58,913 nucleotides of DNA, filler included, from Sphacelaria rigidula (GCA_964200075.2; 8 parts of 8 records of this genome joined end to end with filler, not necessarily neighbours in it); one strand, 5' to 3'; counted from the first letter of the whole stretch, positions 35,873 to 49,839 are shown. The notes: generated by a model from the letters alone, not told the origin. A program made the numbers and translations.

Positions 35873-36110
35873 TGTACACCAGGGTGATAGCACCCGATTG
35901 GGTCGGTCCTTGGAAAGAACCGGATCCAACCAGATGTAAAGAGGCATGTTTATATATTCCGTCTCTTGCCGGATTACATCACATCCTCACCCCTGACTGC
36001 GGTACTAGCCAGTTCCCGCAATCAGCCCTCCGGGCGCGTAGTGTCGTTTTGAATCGACGGCCCATCATCGTACTACCCTCATCCACCACGCCACGCCGTG
36101 ATCTGTAACA
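35873..36110 (-). mobile_element. Putative 3' LTR (238 bp) of an LTR retrotransposon
   Basis: On the minus strand a polypurine tract GAGGGGGG (36118-36111) is followed directly by TGTTACA, and the segment ends in TGTACA (35878-35873). An internal TATATAAA lies at ~35947-35954. Confidence 0.65.
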
Positions 36111-36222
36111 CCCCCCTCAGTCCTAGGGTTGAAAAACCGTGGGACATAAGGTGGTTCACACGATGGATCGCCCCGTTACCATGTCCCTCTTCCCGAGCAC
36201 TCGGCGTCTTGGTGTAGCCGTC

Positions 36223-36508
36223 GATCTTGATAACCGCTCTGCCGGGTTAGACCGCGTAAGGCATTTCAACACCGCGTAGGAACGATTCTATCCCGCCCGG
36301 GGGGGGTCCTTGATCTTGTTGACCGCTCTGCCGGGTTAGACCACGTAAGGAATTTAAACAAAGTACAGAAACGATCCCATCCAGTCCGGAGAAGTTCTTG
36401 ATCTTGTTAACCGCTCTGCTGGGTTAGACCACGTAGGGAACTTAAACACCATACAGAAATGATCCCATCCCGTCCGGATAAGCTCTTGTTCCTGTTGACC
36501 GCTCTGGG
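36223..36508. repeat. ~88-bp tandem repeat, 3.3 copies, upstream of the PPT
   Basis: Units beginning GATCTTGTT(A/G)ACCGCTCTG start at ~36223, 36312, 36400 and 36488. Confidence 0.88.
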
Positions 36509-36787
36509 CTGTCCGTAAACCGTTTGCGGATCTTGGCACCTCGGGGAATCTACCGCGCAATTGAGCCCCTGTCTGCATTTTGACCTCAATATTAAGACCT
36601 GGTATCACCACCTGGTATCCGTGGCTCCTCAGTTGAAGCCTCCCCCCCACCAGGGTCTCGGTCTGACTTCCGCTCTGCCTCTTAAACCGACGAACGAGTT
36701 ATAGCGGCTCCCTAAGCCGTATAGCCTCTGCCAGACGATCTGGACAAGAGGGCTATTCAGTGAGGGACTTCTCCAGAATCCACTGGC

Positions 36788-36887
36788 NNNNNNNNNNNNN
36801 NNNNNNNNNNNNNNNNNNNNNNNNNNNNNNNTTAATTAATTAANNNNNNNNNNNNNNNNNNNNNNNNNNNNNNNNNNNNNNNNNNNN
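36788..36887. other. Artificial contig linker
   Basis: 44 N + TTAATTAATTAA + 44 N. Confidence 0.98.
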
Positions 36888-39800
36888 TGGTTTCTTTGTG
36901 TACTCATTTGTTGCTTGCCTTAGTCGTTTGACCATTGACCACGCATCCCTTTCGAGACGGATGGGAGGGAGGGTGCTATCGCGGTGTCATTCGTTGAGCG
37001 GCTCTTGGGCTGTGCCGCTGTGCTGCGCAGCCCGTGGAGCTCGAGCGTACTTTCAACAAAGCGGCGTGCGATAGTCACTAGTAATAGCGCACGCCACGCT
37101 GCATCCGAACCGGCAGGCCGTGGAACACAGAGGATTCACGGTTCAATTTGGTTATGATCAGGACTACTGTAGGTAACCTTCATCCATGAGACTCCACGGT
37201 GGAAAGACATGCCCGAGATCGAACAACGGCATCCCTGCCCTCCCTGGCAGTTTCATGCACCCTTCCAGGATGAATCGTTAATTCGCTCGTAACGGTCGAC
37301 GGGGATACTTTTGGGAACTGAAAGATTTCGGCCACTTTTTCCTTTCCCACCTACCTGTGAAAATGGAAAACGACAGTTCCGTGCTGATGGTTTGGGGCCC
37401 ACGTCGTGCATTCCTCACCCCGTCATACCGTGCCATGCCAGCAGCGCACCGTCCAACATCGTGATCATCCCCAAGGACAGCAAAATCATATGTAGTCATG
37501 GTGTGTGCAGTCCCTGGGGCCAAGCTCCAAACGGCATGAAACAAGCAGGTAGTGCTACTTTTCGAGGGTACCCACTTTCCAAAATCGGAAATGAGCAACG
37601 CGACGGCAAACGAAAGAGTGGTGCACGATTCCAAATAAAGAAAAGGAAGATGTTTACGGAATGTGAAAGACGTGCAAGAATGGAAAAAATCCCGTTTGTC
37701 ATAGATATGAACGGCCCCAAGAAACGCTGCCTGAGCCCAGCGCTTATTTCTCAGCTTCGCGCAAAACATCAATATATACAAGCTGGGAGGGGCAACAGCT
37801 CGGGAGAACGTAAATGCCGCCACGCGTTCCTTACCTTGTCGAGTTGTTGCCTGAAACTCTGACACGTGGTTTGCAAGGTACTCGTCGACACAGCCCTAAT
37901 TTTGCGTGTTTTTTCGCCCAGATACGACCAATCAAAATAACGGTCAATCCGTATGGTCGCTCGTGTCTAGGCGAAAAGAAATAAGTCGGGGGTCGTCGAC
38001 ATTGTCGGCGAGACGGCTGATTACTAGTGTTCGGAGACGATGGTTTGTACTGTAAATGAGGTGCCGCCAGCCTTAACACTATCCCTAACCATAACCCCAA
38101 ATAAGGCGTAAGAGAACCCTCGGAAACGGGCGGTGCAAAGGAGAGCGATTCCTAGGCGGAGGGTGTCTTGGCAGACCTCAAAATATTCGAATATCGATGT
38201 TCACACTAAAATTAAGTTACAACCGTTGTTCCCGACGGTTTGGTAATCTCTGTTAGTCGGCGAGTAGCTTATCTCGCGAATCACGAGTCAAGATTTCAGG
38301 TTCCAATTCGAAAGATTGCGTCTCTGGGGGCGATATTTGCGATATTCGCGCCAAGATCGCTGTCCGTACGAAATTGCACACAGTATATCAATATAGGGTT
38401 TAGGCGGGCTCTTATCGACAGTGATGATCACTTGAACAAGAAAACACTTTTCAAGAACGATTGCCTCAATAACGACCAGGTTTGAGTCTTATTAAGGAGC
38501 GGTTTTGTTTACGTGGAATTGGAAATAAAGTTTCACATGCACACGAAAGGACGCACTGTGCAACTCACGGGGTACTTGCAGGCTACCTGGTAGTTCTGAT
38601 GCTTGAAGCTTACCTGGCAATTATGATTCTGTAGTTTCAGACGGTAACCGAGTGGTATCCAGTAGGTCTCCTGTGGTCCAATCGATCCTCTACAGATCTT
38701 TCGTAGTGAAGGTGCCTTTTTTTTTCGTGTAGATGTTTTGTTTTTCGCCTTCCTCTGTTGGCTGTTTGATTCATGGGTATGGATGGTATTTCCTTGCGTT
38801 CTGTGACCACGGGTTACTGTGGCGGAAATAGAGAAATAGTAATCTTGTGTGTTCATAACGTAAACAAAAAAAAGCACAAAGGATACAATCTGGGTCCGTC
38901 AAGAAAACCAGATTGTGTCTGATCATCATATCCTTCGAACGGCACTGGCTCAGGACGATTTGGGAATATCGTCGTGATCGGCTAGAAAAGGCCGCCACGC
39001 ATAGCCATCCAGCTCAGGGATCCGCCTATTATGGTTGGTGTCGTCAAACTCGCGTCCCCGTGTTTGCGCATTCTTTGTATCATTAGGTGATGTTTCCTTC
39101 GAAAATTTCCCATGAAAACAAACTATTCCGAATTTTCTCGAAAGTTTCGAGCGTGTAATTCCCGAGGCGAGAAAAAAAAGCGGTTAAGGTATATATCATT
39201 CCGTGATTCATCGTCGTCCGAAATTTATACGAGTAGCTAAATCCCTTAAGGCGGGTTCGTATCGAAAATGATGATTACTTTTCATACAATCACTTCTGGA
39301 AAAAGCGCCCGGTGATTGGTCGCTGCGACATCCCCCCGAAAAAAAACAAAAGTGCGCCGAGAATACTTTCGCAAAGTGATTTTGTGACACCTCGAACGGA
39401 AACACGAGTGTCCCATTGACACGGACGTATGCAAAGACTTGGTAGACGACCCAACACAATCAAACGTGAACGCGAGGATCGCGTTGCCCCTGGAAACCAG
39501 AATCACATAGCTCGATCCGTAGCTGCTCATAAGATGAACACGTTGTGCGTGACCTTGCTCGAATTTGTTCGGAATTCAGTGAAAAGCAATGATTTGTTCT
39601 AGACGCACGCACGGCACACCCACACAAACGGTCAGCAACGTCATCTTTTCGGTTGTACTTGACACGCACGCGATCGCCTCTCGTCCAATGCCTGATGGGG
39701 TTCTGTCATACAAAGACTATCATGTGTAGATGAGCAAGACCTCGCGCTGGAGCTGATACGCGTGAGTGGTGTCTGTACGTGGTTTTCAGGGGCTCGGTAT

Positions 39801-41485
39801 GTAGGTCTTGTGTTGCCTTGTTGCATCTCGTGTCTAGCAGTACAGAGGTGTTGGACTACTGTATAACGACCGATTCCAGACTCGCCGCATTTCCGGACCT
39901 GTGTGCAGATCTCGGCTTTGGTCTGAACACAAAAAAACAAGTTTTCACATCGTTCGTGCCTGAACGTCGCGGGCGCGGCCTACCACGATCTTCCTCCTCA
40001 AGCGGAGGTTTCTTGGCTCCGAACAGATCGATCACTACTGTACAGTAGGCGCATAAAAACTTCAGAATACCCGACAGTACAGTCGATAATGACACTGGAG
40101 TCGTCATTTTGTATTTTACTTCATGCCATTTCCAATCTTGATGTGTGTCACTAACAGATGACAAAAGTTGGCGGTGATGACCCCAGTTTAACCAAACACA
40201 TCAAGCACCTCTTTGTTTGTCGCGGACGATGAAAGTCTAACTTTTTGACCGGCCTGGTGAATCATCCGGGTCCTACAGCCATTTAATCCCGTCAACGCCG
40301 GGGTGATTCATCTGTCGATTTGGCATCATCTTTGCTAAAATAATCAGAGGGCTGAGATCCTCTTGGAATAGTAGAGCAAGTCACTCTGAGGTGGTAGAAT
40401 TCGCCTGGCTGACCAACTTCTCGGGCGAAAAAGGTCGCAGAAGGGTCTACCACGCACGTTTTTGAGATGTGTCTGTTTGCAGGCTCTGAGAACGGGCCGA
40501 AGAAGTCGCGTCACCCCAAGAATGAGGGTCAACCCCGAAACAGCGCTTTCTTGAACCTGAAACTAGTATGACCAAGGTCATATCGTCAAACTCAATGCCC
40601 CTCGATCGCCTGGATGGTACCGTAGCAGCTTTCATCGACTCTGTACGCCCACAGCGCTGAGCGAAGGCGTGCTTTTGCCTCGGCTGTGTGGTGATGAATC
40701 CATCGGCAACAGCATAACTTGTTTTCGTTCGGCGATGCTGATGCGCAGAGTTCGTGACGGCGGCTGATATCGACGCGATAAAGGGCGCGTCGGGTCGAAC
40801 AAAGAGTCTTTGGTCACAATTTGATTCAAGGAAAGGGAAAACACTGTCTCGGGGTTGAAGTTCACACTTGTTTTGTGACCGCGACTGGATCCCTTGGGGA
40901 CCAGTGAATGTTTAACAATCAATCATCAAATCTTCGACCTGACTCTCCTTTTGAAAATACCTTTTTTTCCTGTCGTAATTCCTAGGACGGGAGTTCTCTT
41001 TCAATCTCACGAAAAAATGGAGATATTGAAGCGTGTTCTCACTAGATCCTTTCAATATAGTTTTATTTGTTATCATTGGTAGGTCAGCGCTCCCTGTCTG
41101 TGCCAGGTGCTTCACCCTTGCAGTGATCTGTTGACATGAACTATCACGGTCATCTGTCAGTTCACATCGGGTGATCGCGGCGCAGGTCGGTTTGGAGGAG
41201 ACAGGAATGGAACCTAATGAGTATTGCCGACTAAGCGATCACTTGGCATGTTATTCTCGGGACTTGCTCTGCCTTGTCATGGTGCTTTGTCCATGATTTT
41301 TTTTATATATGTGTTGTTCTCATCGAAACTTCTACTCTCTTCAGCACAGAAAACCAGGATACATGGCGTACGCATGCATGGGTAAATGGTTGTCAACCAA
41401 TCACCGCATGCCTAGTGGCATGTGTGTGTGTTGTTGGTTCATCATGGGCTGCTGGTTGGGTGCTGTTTTTGTGTTGAGATGTTCC

Positions 41486-42098
41486 ACACGTCCAACGACT
41501 CTTTGGTCGTGATTCACGACTCCTTCGACTAAGTCCGAAGGACGAATCAGAGTTGACTCTTACGACTAAATTCAAAAGGAATGACGACTGAGGGCCGGCT
41601 TCTATGATGAACTACGGAAATGGCGACGACTCAGATATGACTTGGATGACTTCATTCGGAAAATGATGATGACTGAGAGTCTACTCCTACGACTAACTTC
41701 GGAAATGTCGATGACTCAGAGTTGACTCCTATGATGATGACTAAAGTCCACTCCTACGACTAAATTCGAAAGATAATGAGGAGTGAGAGTCGACTCCTGT
41801 GGCTAACTTCGGAAAATGACGACGGCTAGGAATCGACCCTTTACTACTAAATTTGGAACGTAACGACAAGCAAAAGTCGACTCCTGCGACTAAAGTCGGA
41901 AATGGCGACGATTAAGAGTCGACTCCTTCCTACCCAATCCCGAAGATGGCGGCGACATAGCGTCGACCCGTACGGCTAAATTCGGAGATAGCGACGAGTG
42001 AGAGTCGGCCTCTACGACTAAATGCAGAAGATGGCGACGACTGATCCCAATCAATGACCACGAGTCCCACGACTTGCGGTCGAAGTCGTTGGACGTGT
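41486..42098. mobile_element. TIR-bounded element filled with a ~42-bp tandem array
   Basis: A perfect 15-bp inverted repeat ACACGTCCAACGACT (41486-41500) / AGTCGTTGGACGTGT (42084-42098) encloses about 13 degenerate units of GAGTCGACTCCTACGACTAAATTCGGAAATGGCGACGACTGA. Confidence 0.8.
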
Positions 42099-42823
42099 CA
42101 ACTGTTTTGCTATATTGACCGCATGGACTGAGCGAGCAGGGAGACGGCAATAACGATAGCACATGGTCATGGATTGGTGTGTGACTGGCTTCTTCGGTAT
42201 GTTTGCTGGATGTTGCTTGCTACTGTGCTGCAAGTTTGTTGGTCTTGTTTCACATCGATAAGAACACACGCGTTCGTTGTAGGCGCATTTTGTCGTTGGA
42301 AACCGATTATTCGGTTCCTCGTTTGTCCGTGAAACAGTCGGGGCCATCAAATTTTGGTTTGACACGCATGTTCCCGCGAGGGCAGGATGGCATCGTACCG
42401 GGTGGGATTTGTGTTCCTCGCATGGACGAGACGGGACTCGGCAGGACGAGAACTGCCGCTCCGTCCCGACACCTTCCCCAATTTCTCGTCCTGTGCCGTC
42501 GTTGGGGGAGACGGTGGAAAAATACGAGTTTCATCTTGCCGCCTTCTAGGGAACGGGAAATCCCGTTTTATTCCGTCCCACTCCGTTTCGTCATCTGGTG
42601 AAAACCTCTAGAACCAGGAACCGGGAGTCACCAAGAGATCATTGGCGACTAAATCCGTTAACATGCGTCGCATTCCCCAGTCGAATATGTGGAAAGCACG
42701 AGTGTTCCTGCGATCACAGGCAGATTGAACGTGCTTGGGACAATATTGATGAATAACAGAGCCTCACGATTATAATTCGTGGAACATGCAAGAACTCGAC
42801 GTTTGCCCTATGTAGATAAAATG

Positions 42824-42983
42824 TGTTGAGCAGCCATTGGTCCCTGAGGAGCTTAAAGAGCAGCGTCATACTAAGTCTTTCGCCACCAACCATGGCCAAA
42901 AGATGTTGAACAGCCATTGGTCCCTGCTGAGCTTCAAGAGCGGCGTCATGCTAAGTCTTTCGCCATCAACCGTGGCCAACAAG
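42824..42983. repeat. ~80-bp tandem duplication inside a decayed coding-like segment
   Basis: GTTGA(G/A)CAGCCATTGGTCCCTG...CTAAGTCTTTCGCCA..AACC.TGGCCAA occurs twice. Confidence 0.85.
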
Positions 42984-43764
42984 CAACCAGAAAACCCGTC
43001 CGTGCGTGGTCCTTAGCGGATATTGCCGACCATGTGTGGAATCACCCGATAACTATGGTTCCTTTTCCTCGTCGTACTCTTATACCCTTTTCCCCCCTGG
43101 GATGACGACTCCGTAGCCTCGAAGGATCAGCCCCTCCCTCTCCCACCACTTGCTGAGCATTTCGTTTTGCATCTCGTCAAATCTCTTGTCGATTTGTTTT
43201 GCTCCTGGCGCCTTCACGGTTGCAGCGACGTGGACCGGATTCTGGAAGAAAAAAACCATATACGTCGTGCTTTGTGCTCGCAACAATCCGCCCTGAGTGG
43301 ACACGAATATGCCCGTGAGTCAACATGGGCACGGCGGTATGCGTTTGAAGAATGCGCGTCGCTTAGTTCTACTGTAGCACAGTGCTTGCGTGTCCAGCTT
43401 GTTTTGGAAGTGAATGACTTGTCATAAGCGTGCAATGCGTAAGATGAAACAACTGACACCGAACTCAACCCGGTCTAGGGCATGAAGACTACTCGACATG
43501 TACGGCGGTAAACCACGGACACCGAACAAAAAACACACGCCCCATCCCGAACGTCTCTCGCACACGACGCCTGATGAATGCAACCTATAGCTGCCACCGA
43601 CGACGACGCCCCATACCCACTTCTGCCGTGCCCTATTTCAAAGTAGCTAGTAGCGGCAGCATCAGTAGCAGCCGCAGCAGCGATGCATGTTAGCGGACTT
43701 CACCGCGCAGAACATTCAAGCACCACAAGAAGTAGAGTAGTAGCGTGTTGTGTATGTGTGCGTG

Positions 43765-43945
43765 TGTTTTAATCCCATTTATTCTGGACTACTCCTTCCG
43801 GTGTCTGTGAGCGCGCCAGCCGGGGTCGCACAAGATGAAGGTTGCACGTTTCAGGGTTCTTTTTCATTCTTCACCTTCCTCCTGTGGTGGCTGCCTTAAC
43901 TGTTATCGCGGGAAGGGTTCGGCCGTCCCTCTCCGTGGGCGATAG
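43765..43945 (-). mobile_element. SINE 3' body (family of 695-973)
   Basis: Shares TATTCTGGAC...AGCCGGGGTC.CA.AAG..GAAGG...TCTTCACCTT.CTCCTG.GGTG...TTATCGCG.G with 695-860. Confidence 0.65.
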
Positions 43946-44163
43946 TTGAACCGCATCTTATTTACTCATAAAACATTCGCTTTGCACCTTCGGGCATATG
44001 GTGGGAACAACCTCCCCACCCTCCCCCCTCCCACCCTCCCCCCTTGGTGAGCCATCCATGAGGCAGTGCATAAGCCGTGGCTGTCTCTGGAAATGGCGAT
44101 ACCACAGAATGAAGCAACTCATTGTAGGCTGTCATCCAAATGCAAGACAATCAGTAGGCTTCG

Positions 44164-44263
44164 NNNNNNNNNNNNNNNNNNNNNNNNNNNNNNNNNNNNN
44201 NNNNNNNTTAATTAATTAANNNNNNNNNNNNNNNNNNNNNNNNNNNNNNNNNNNNNNNNNNNN
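44164..44263. other. Artificial contig linker
   Basis: 44 N + TTAATTAATTAA + 44 N. Confidence 0.98.
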
Positions 44264-47200
44264 CAAACCTCCTACAATGTCCCCTAGCTCGACTCTGTAC
44301 ACGAGTCACCCTACCCATCCGGGCGTCGGTCCTCACGCTGAGTACACATATTCGACGGCGGGACCCGTGAGAAAACTCTTGGTGCATGAAAACGTGACTG
44401 GGAAAAACAAGCACCGAAAACGTTAGGTTTGATTCTTATTCGAGTTGGGTCCGGCTGACACATGTGTTTATATCAAATTACACATAGAGAGCTATTTACG
44501 ATCCGCGTATCTCGGAGCACTTTGTGTGCCGTGGTCAGTGAAAGTTGGGGATGTGTTGTCGCTGGATAAGACAGAAACGTCAAGAGTATTTTCCACAGCG
44601 GGTACTACTTTGGGCTAAGGCGAAGTGTGGAAGGAACAATCATCTTGCCGAAGATAATGTTCAACGTGGGATTTAAAGCTCCAAAGCTCCGGGGCTGCTC
44701 GAGGAATAGTAACGTTGAGGCGATGGGATACATACCTCTGCGCAAAAGACGTCCCAGTGAGTGTTGGTCACTCTCGGGTTCGATCGTCGGTATATGGAAC
44801 TAGTTGTTTTTCACGCCCGGCGACTGGTCGCTGCGATACCACCATCACTTCTTTAAATCGGTTTGCGCAGACATGAAAGCAACTTGCTCGAATGGGGTAA
44901 ATAAACGTAGCAACCACGGGGGCGCACGCAAAGTTGTGACACACACACCAACACAACTGAACATGAACCCTTACCCCACTGCCCCCAGCAGCAGAATTAG
45001 AAACAAGAGCAAACGGCAGATCAAGGCATACCTGGACGCAGTTTCGCCTGATTAGGTTTGTAGTGTACGGGTAGCACAAGTCGGCTGGACTTCAGCCAGG
45101 TGATCGTCCCAGTACGGCGTGCTTGATATGGGATGAATACTACTAGACCCTTGACCACGAAAACTGTTTTGTCTTCACTGTAAGAGCAACCATAAACAAA
45201 AACCAAGATATTAAGTGGTGGATTGGCACACGTGAACACAAATAGACTGCTTCGCAGTCCAAGGGTTAGCCTTAGGACCTCCACTCCGTCCCACTCCCCC
45301 AGATCGTCCGATATCGCCCATGGTCAGATTTGGCTCCGGATCTGTTGTTTTTCAAGTGGAACAACATGCCCATTCATCTGAAGAGGTGGATGTTGAGTAT
45401 TGGTATGGAAATTATAATAATGCATGAAGACCCATAACTATTCTTCTGGTCGAGCCAGCCGGGTCCACGTTTTGGTATGTTTTGTGAGCAGGCGGTATAT
45501 CTGTGACGCGCAAATAAGTGGTGCACGCCGGCTGTACCACTACTGCTTCTATGTACTCGGGCAACATACTCTCCGCCTTGCTTCGGGAGTCTCCCGCACC
45601 GAACGGACTTTCGTCAACCAAAGACTGTCGTGTGTATACTAACAAGGGCTAGCAGTGCGTTCTGTTTTGAGGCGAGGGTAGATATGTTCATGTTCACGTC
45701 TCGTGCACCACACAGATGTTGGAACAACGGCCACTGGAGGAAACGAGGGAGAAATACATCACTGGGAGAAACACCGCATGTTTGAAGTTGTTCGCACATT
45801 TAGACTGGAGCAGTACTTGCGATGACTCAAACGTGCTCTTTGTGGGCTTGAAACTGCTGGAAAACTGTTCCTGCGATAGATTTTTCCTGTCCAGGGAAGA
45901 CATGCCCCGGACGGTCTTTCCTCTTTACTGGTCGAACTTCAAAACATAACATTATCGATTTGAGAGCGATTTTTTCATTTTTTCCTGTTACCATGACTCA
46001 TCACTGTTTCTGTTCGGTCTCAAAATTTGGGAGTCGAGAGACTTGAGTACCCGGCCAATTTCCGTTCAGAGAAACAAAAAAAAACTACGATCAGTTTTGA
46101 ATGAGTTACAGGCCCAATGAATAGTCTTTGTGGGTCCTACGGATGTTAAGTCCCCGGGTCTCGCTCTTGGATATTTTCGCTCGACCGAACCGACCCGGAT
46201 CGTTACAATGAACAATTCTATGCCGTCATTTTCCCTATTTTCCCGATATTTATCGCGCTACAGCCGAGAGACCGTGTTTTTGGCCACCTACAGTCAACAA
46301 CACCCCCTCGATAAACGGAGGTTCCTTCGTATAGTTCAAACAACGCAAAATTGGGAAATGTGGTCTACAGGACAACCTGCTTTTTTTCCCAACGCCTATC
46401 GACTCTCAGACTCTCGAGTAGGGTGGAAAATCATCTGTGAAAAATCCCCGATCGAGTGAAGACCATGTTTAACGTTTGACAACTGTACATGAAGTCGAAC
46501 TCGAGATGCTTCGAATTACGCCATTATCAGGGGGTGTTATTTGGCGTACATGCATGCTTGCGTGGCGGTGTCGATGACAGCAGACCATACCACTGACCAT
46601 GATTGCAACACGGCCATCACACCTACGTCATCTTACAGCGTGGAAATGGACAAGAAGAACACCTAATGAAGCACCATTACTTGCCGAGATGGTCTCCATC
46701 GCAGCTACTACAAATTCCACGATTTGTGTGCCTCAGCGGCGAACATGCAACGTGCCCCACGGCATGTGTACAATCCCCAACCAGCTGTTGCGCACATGAA
46801 AATGCAAACTAGCGGCCCTCACCTGCACGAGTATGGCATTACTGCTTCAATATTTATGCACTCCAGTCAGCCAAACGGTTCCCTTCTACCGTACTCGCAG
46901 CAGGAATTTGTTGCGGCACTGCTGTCGGTCGTCGTGTTTGTAAAACGGTGGGGATCAAAATGCGGGACAATCAGAGGTAAGAGATGACTTTACAGTTTAG
47001 TATCGCAATCATAAAGAGTATCTCCGTCGTCAATCATTAATCATTCACTCATTTGAATGAGGTGATTGACGAGAAGGCCGGAGGGGTGCACTTCCATGAT
47101 GGCTCGCTACCCTTTATGGGGCTTCTGCGGTCTCCCCTGGTTTGTGGTGATTTTCATCTGCGTGGACAGCCGGTACAATGGTGCGACTTCATCGAAGGTA

Positions 47201-49839
47201 CGTGCGGCGCTCAGCAAAGCGCACGACACTGTTGTCCGTATGGGTACAAGCACAATATATACTACTGTCTGTCGTAGCAGCCTCTTATGGGTAGTACAGG
47301 CACACAATATGCTGCAGATCCGAATCGCTCCACGTTTTCACGCCGCAGAACTCACTGTACTTAGTCCAGGCATTCGGGTGCCGACCGACCCAGCGCCGAT
47401 CCTTCTTGGTACAGGCTCCTGCAGTTGCTCACAATTATTCAACAGATTTTGAAAAGAAAATTGACCTGCTCAGCAGGCGAGATATCTTCAGGTTTGTCCG
47501 GGATCCCCTCACACCCCTCTTTCGGCCTCATACTGTTGTATTGCACGATTGATCAATTGTCGCACATTAACTGATTTCTCGCGGACCACACCGTGGTGAT
47601 AGGTCGACCTGCCAAAGGTCAAAGGTAAACAAACGGAAACACCCCCTAGAGAAAAGGAAAGCGAAAAAAAACAAAAAAAACAGGATATACTTAAAACATA
47701 CGGAGTAAAAAACAAAAATGTGAAAACAAGAACAAACACACAAGGGGGATAAGACAAAATAGGGTATACCCTCGGATTTTAGGAACAAAAAAAGTGAAAG
47801 CTGGGCCGCCCAAGATGTGAGCAGGAATACTGACACGCGATTTCACTGCTCAGTTTCAAGTCGTTTTCTGTGAATATTTGACACGAGGTACATCAGTATG
47901 TGCAGAGACCCTGACTTTTTCCCTCTCGACAGTTTTTTTTCATAACTACTTGTTTGCAATTTAGTTATAAGGAAACTGTTTTGAAATGTTCCGTCGCCAA
48001 TGACTCACGGGAAAAGAAATGTAAAGGAGGGAGGATGGGGTCTCCGCACACGCATCCTGTACATCGTGTCAAATTTTCGTAGTAAACGACCCACAACTGG
48101 CAGTAAAATCGCGTTTTCGTGTCGAAAACCGGTTCCTGTGTCGAGATGGACCAGCCACGACGCAAACAGGAACAACCGAGCCGTGGTTACGCTGTTTAAT
48201 TTCAAGTTGTTTCCATGAAATTCTGGCACGACGTGCATGAGGCATGTTCAAAAGCCCTCTCCCCCGCCCCCGACTATGTATGTTTTTTTCAAAGAGTGAT
48301 CAAGGATTTTGTACCGAGAAATAATTGTTCCGAAATTACGATTGCCAATCACTCACAAGAAAAAACAAGCGAGGAGAGAACTGTAAGGGCTTTGCACATA
48401 CCTCATGTGCATCATGTCAAAAAATCATTGTAAACGACTCAAAATTAAGCAGCGCACGGCGTTTTTCTCTTGAAAACCGGCTGACTTGCTTTTAAAATGC
48501 AACAGCCTCAGGTGGGACTTTAACGTTCTGTAGAAGCTTTCTTCACCCATTGCTCACAGGTTTGCACAACTACTACCAGACGCCTTGGCGCGCTGAGGGG
48601 CTCGTCTGCGTGCCATCTTAGACACTGCGCGCCTACAGTACGACATGTATTATAGTACAACCAAAACTTGTGCGGCACCACGACTTGCTGCCGCGCGGCA
48701 CAACCAACTGTGACCGAAATTCGACTTCGTGTTTTTTCCTAATTTCACCGCACACGTCACCCTCAACTCTCTACACTTCGCAGCTGACTATAATTTAGTA
48801 TTTCGTTTGATGGAATCTTGTCGGATCGCAGTGCTACGTGGATTGAAAGACGCGCGTTGATGTGCAGATTACCACGATGTGTCGTAGTAGGCGCAACTCG
48901 CGATATACCGTCCGTTAGAACGGGCTGAAGAAAAATCTGCTTCTTGGGCGGCCTAGCTTGTAGGGTAGCGCACTTTTCAGTTCGGGGCTCAGCAGTACAC
49001 GCGGGCTGGGCACCTCTCAAACACGTTCCAGCGCCTCACCAGTATAGTGCAGACGGTAAGTGGAGGATCAGAGAGTAGCAAGATCCGAATATTGTGGATC
49101 GGGACGAATCGTTACAAGATGCAGCTGGTTTTAGGAGACGGACTGTTGTAAAGGACGGGTCGTATTACGCACAATAGGATACACATGGTTGATTGACGTA
49201 CGTGTCGGAAAAGCAGACAACTGTTCCAATAATACAGCACAGTATCATTCAGCCATCTGGCCAACCGGACAATTAGTGTTTCTATGCACAGTACACACTG
49301 TCGTCATCAACCGGTAATGATACTGCATACAGTACTGTGTTCTATGCTGTAGCTGCACAACACTGCACGATACTGCACGGTTGTTTGTCCGTGCCATGAC
49401 GTGCAAATCACGATTAGCACGCATACTTCGAAGCACAAACACAAATGCTTTGCAATTTGTGGGCGAGCGTGACGGATGGTGGTGACCTGTCGAGGACATT
49501 ACAATTGGAGCTTACATTAACAAGCGTGTCACCAGTACAGCACGGCAACAGTACGGTGCCATGGCCGGTCAAGCACGGAATATAGAGTGCATGGTGCCGT
49601 ATACTGTAATGATGGCGGCACTGTACAGGTTGTCATCAGTTTGAAAACACCACTGAACTGGAACATGGTCATGTTCCGGTTGCACTGAGGCCAGCAAAAT
49701 CACTATTGCCACCAGTATTTGTCAACGAGTTTGGTGCATCCGTACATTGGTTAATGGCGCCGCGTAGCGGCGCCCGACCCCCGATACCCGCAAAAACATT
49801 TTTCTTGGCACTGTGGCTGCCTCTTTCATGGACCCCCAT

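Noticed and set aside
36223-36508. CRISPR array or repeat-protein ORF
   Set aside because: Whole units are similar and the ~88-bp period breaks the reading frame.
37278-37865. Overlapping 195-aa and 183-aa ORFs as genes
   Set aside because: They have non-ATG starts, no recognisable motif and no consistent exon structure.
40636-40665. Retrotransposon integrase motif (LRSALWAYR, minus strand)
   Set aside because: It is an isolated short match with no HHCC or DDE context and with stops nearby.
41500-42085. CRISPR array
   Set aside because: Units are homologous along their whole length with no unique spacers, the repeats are degenerate and TIR-bounded, there are no cas genes, and the context is eukaryotic.
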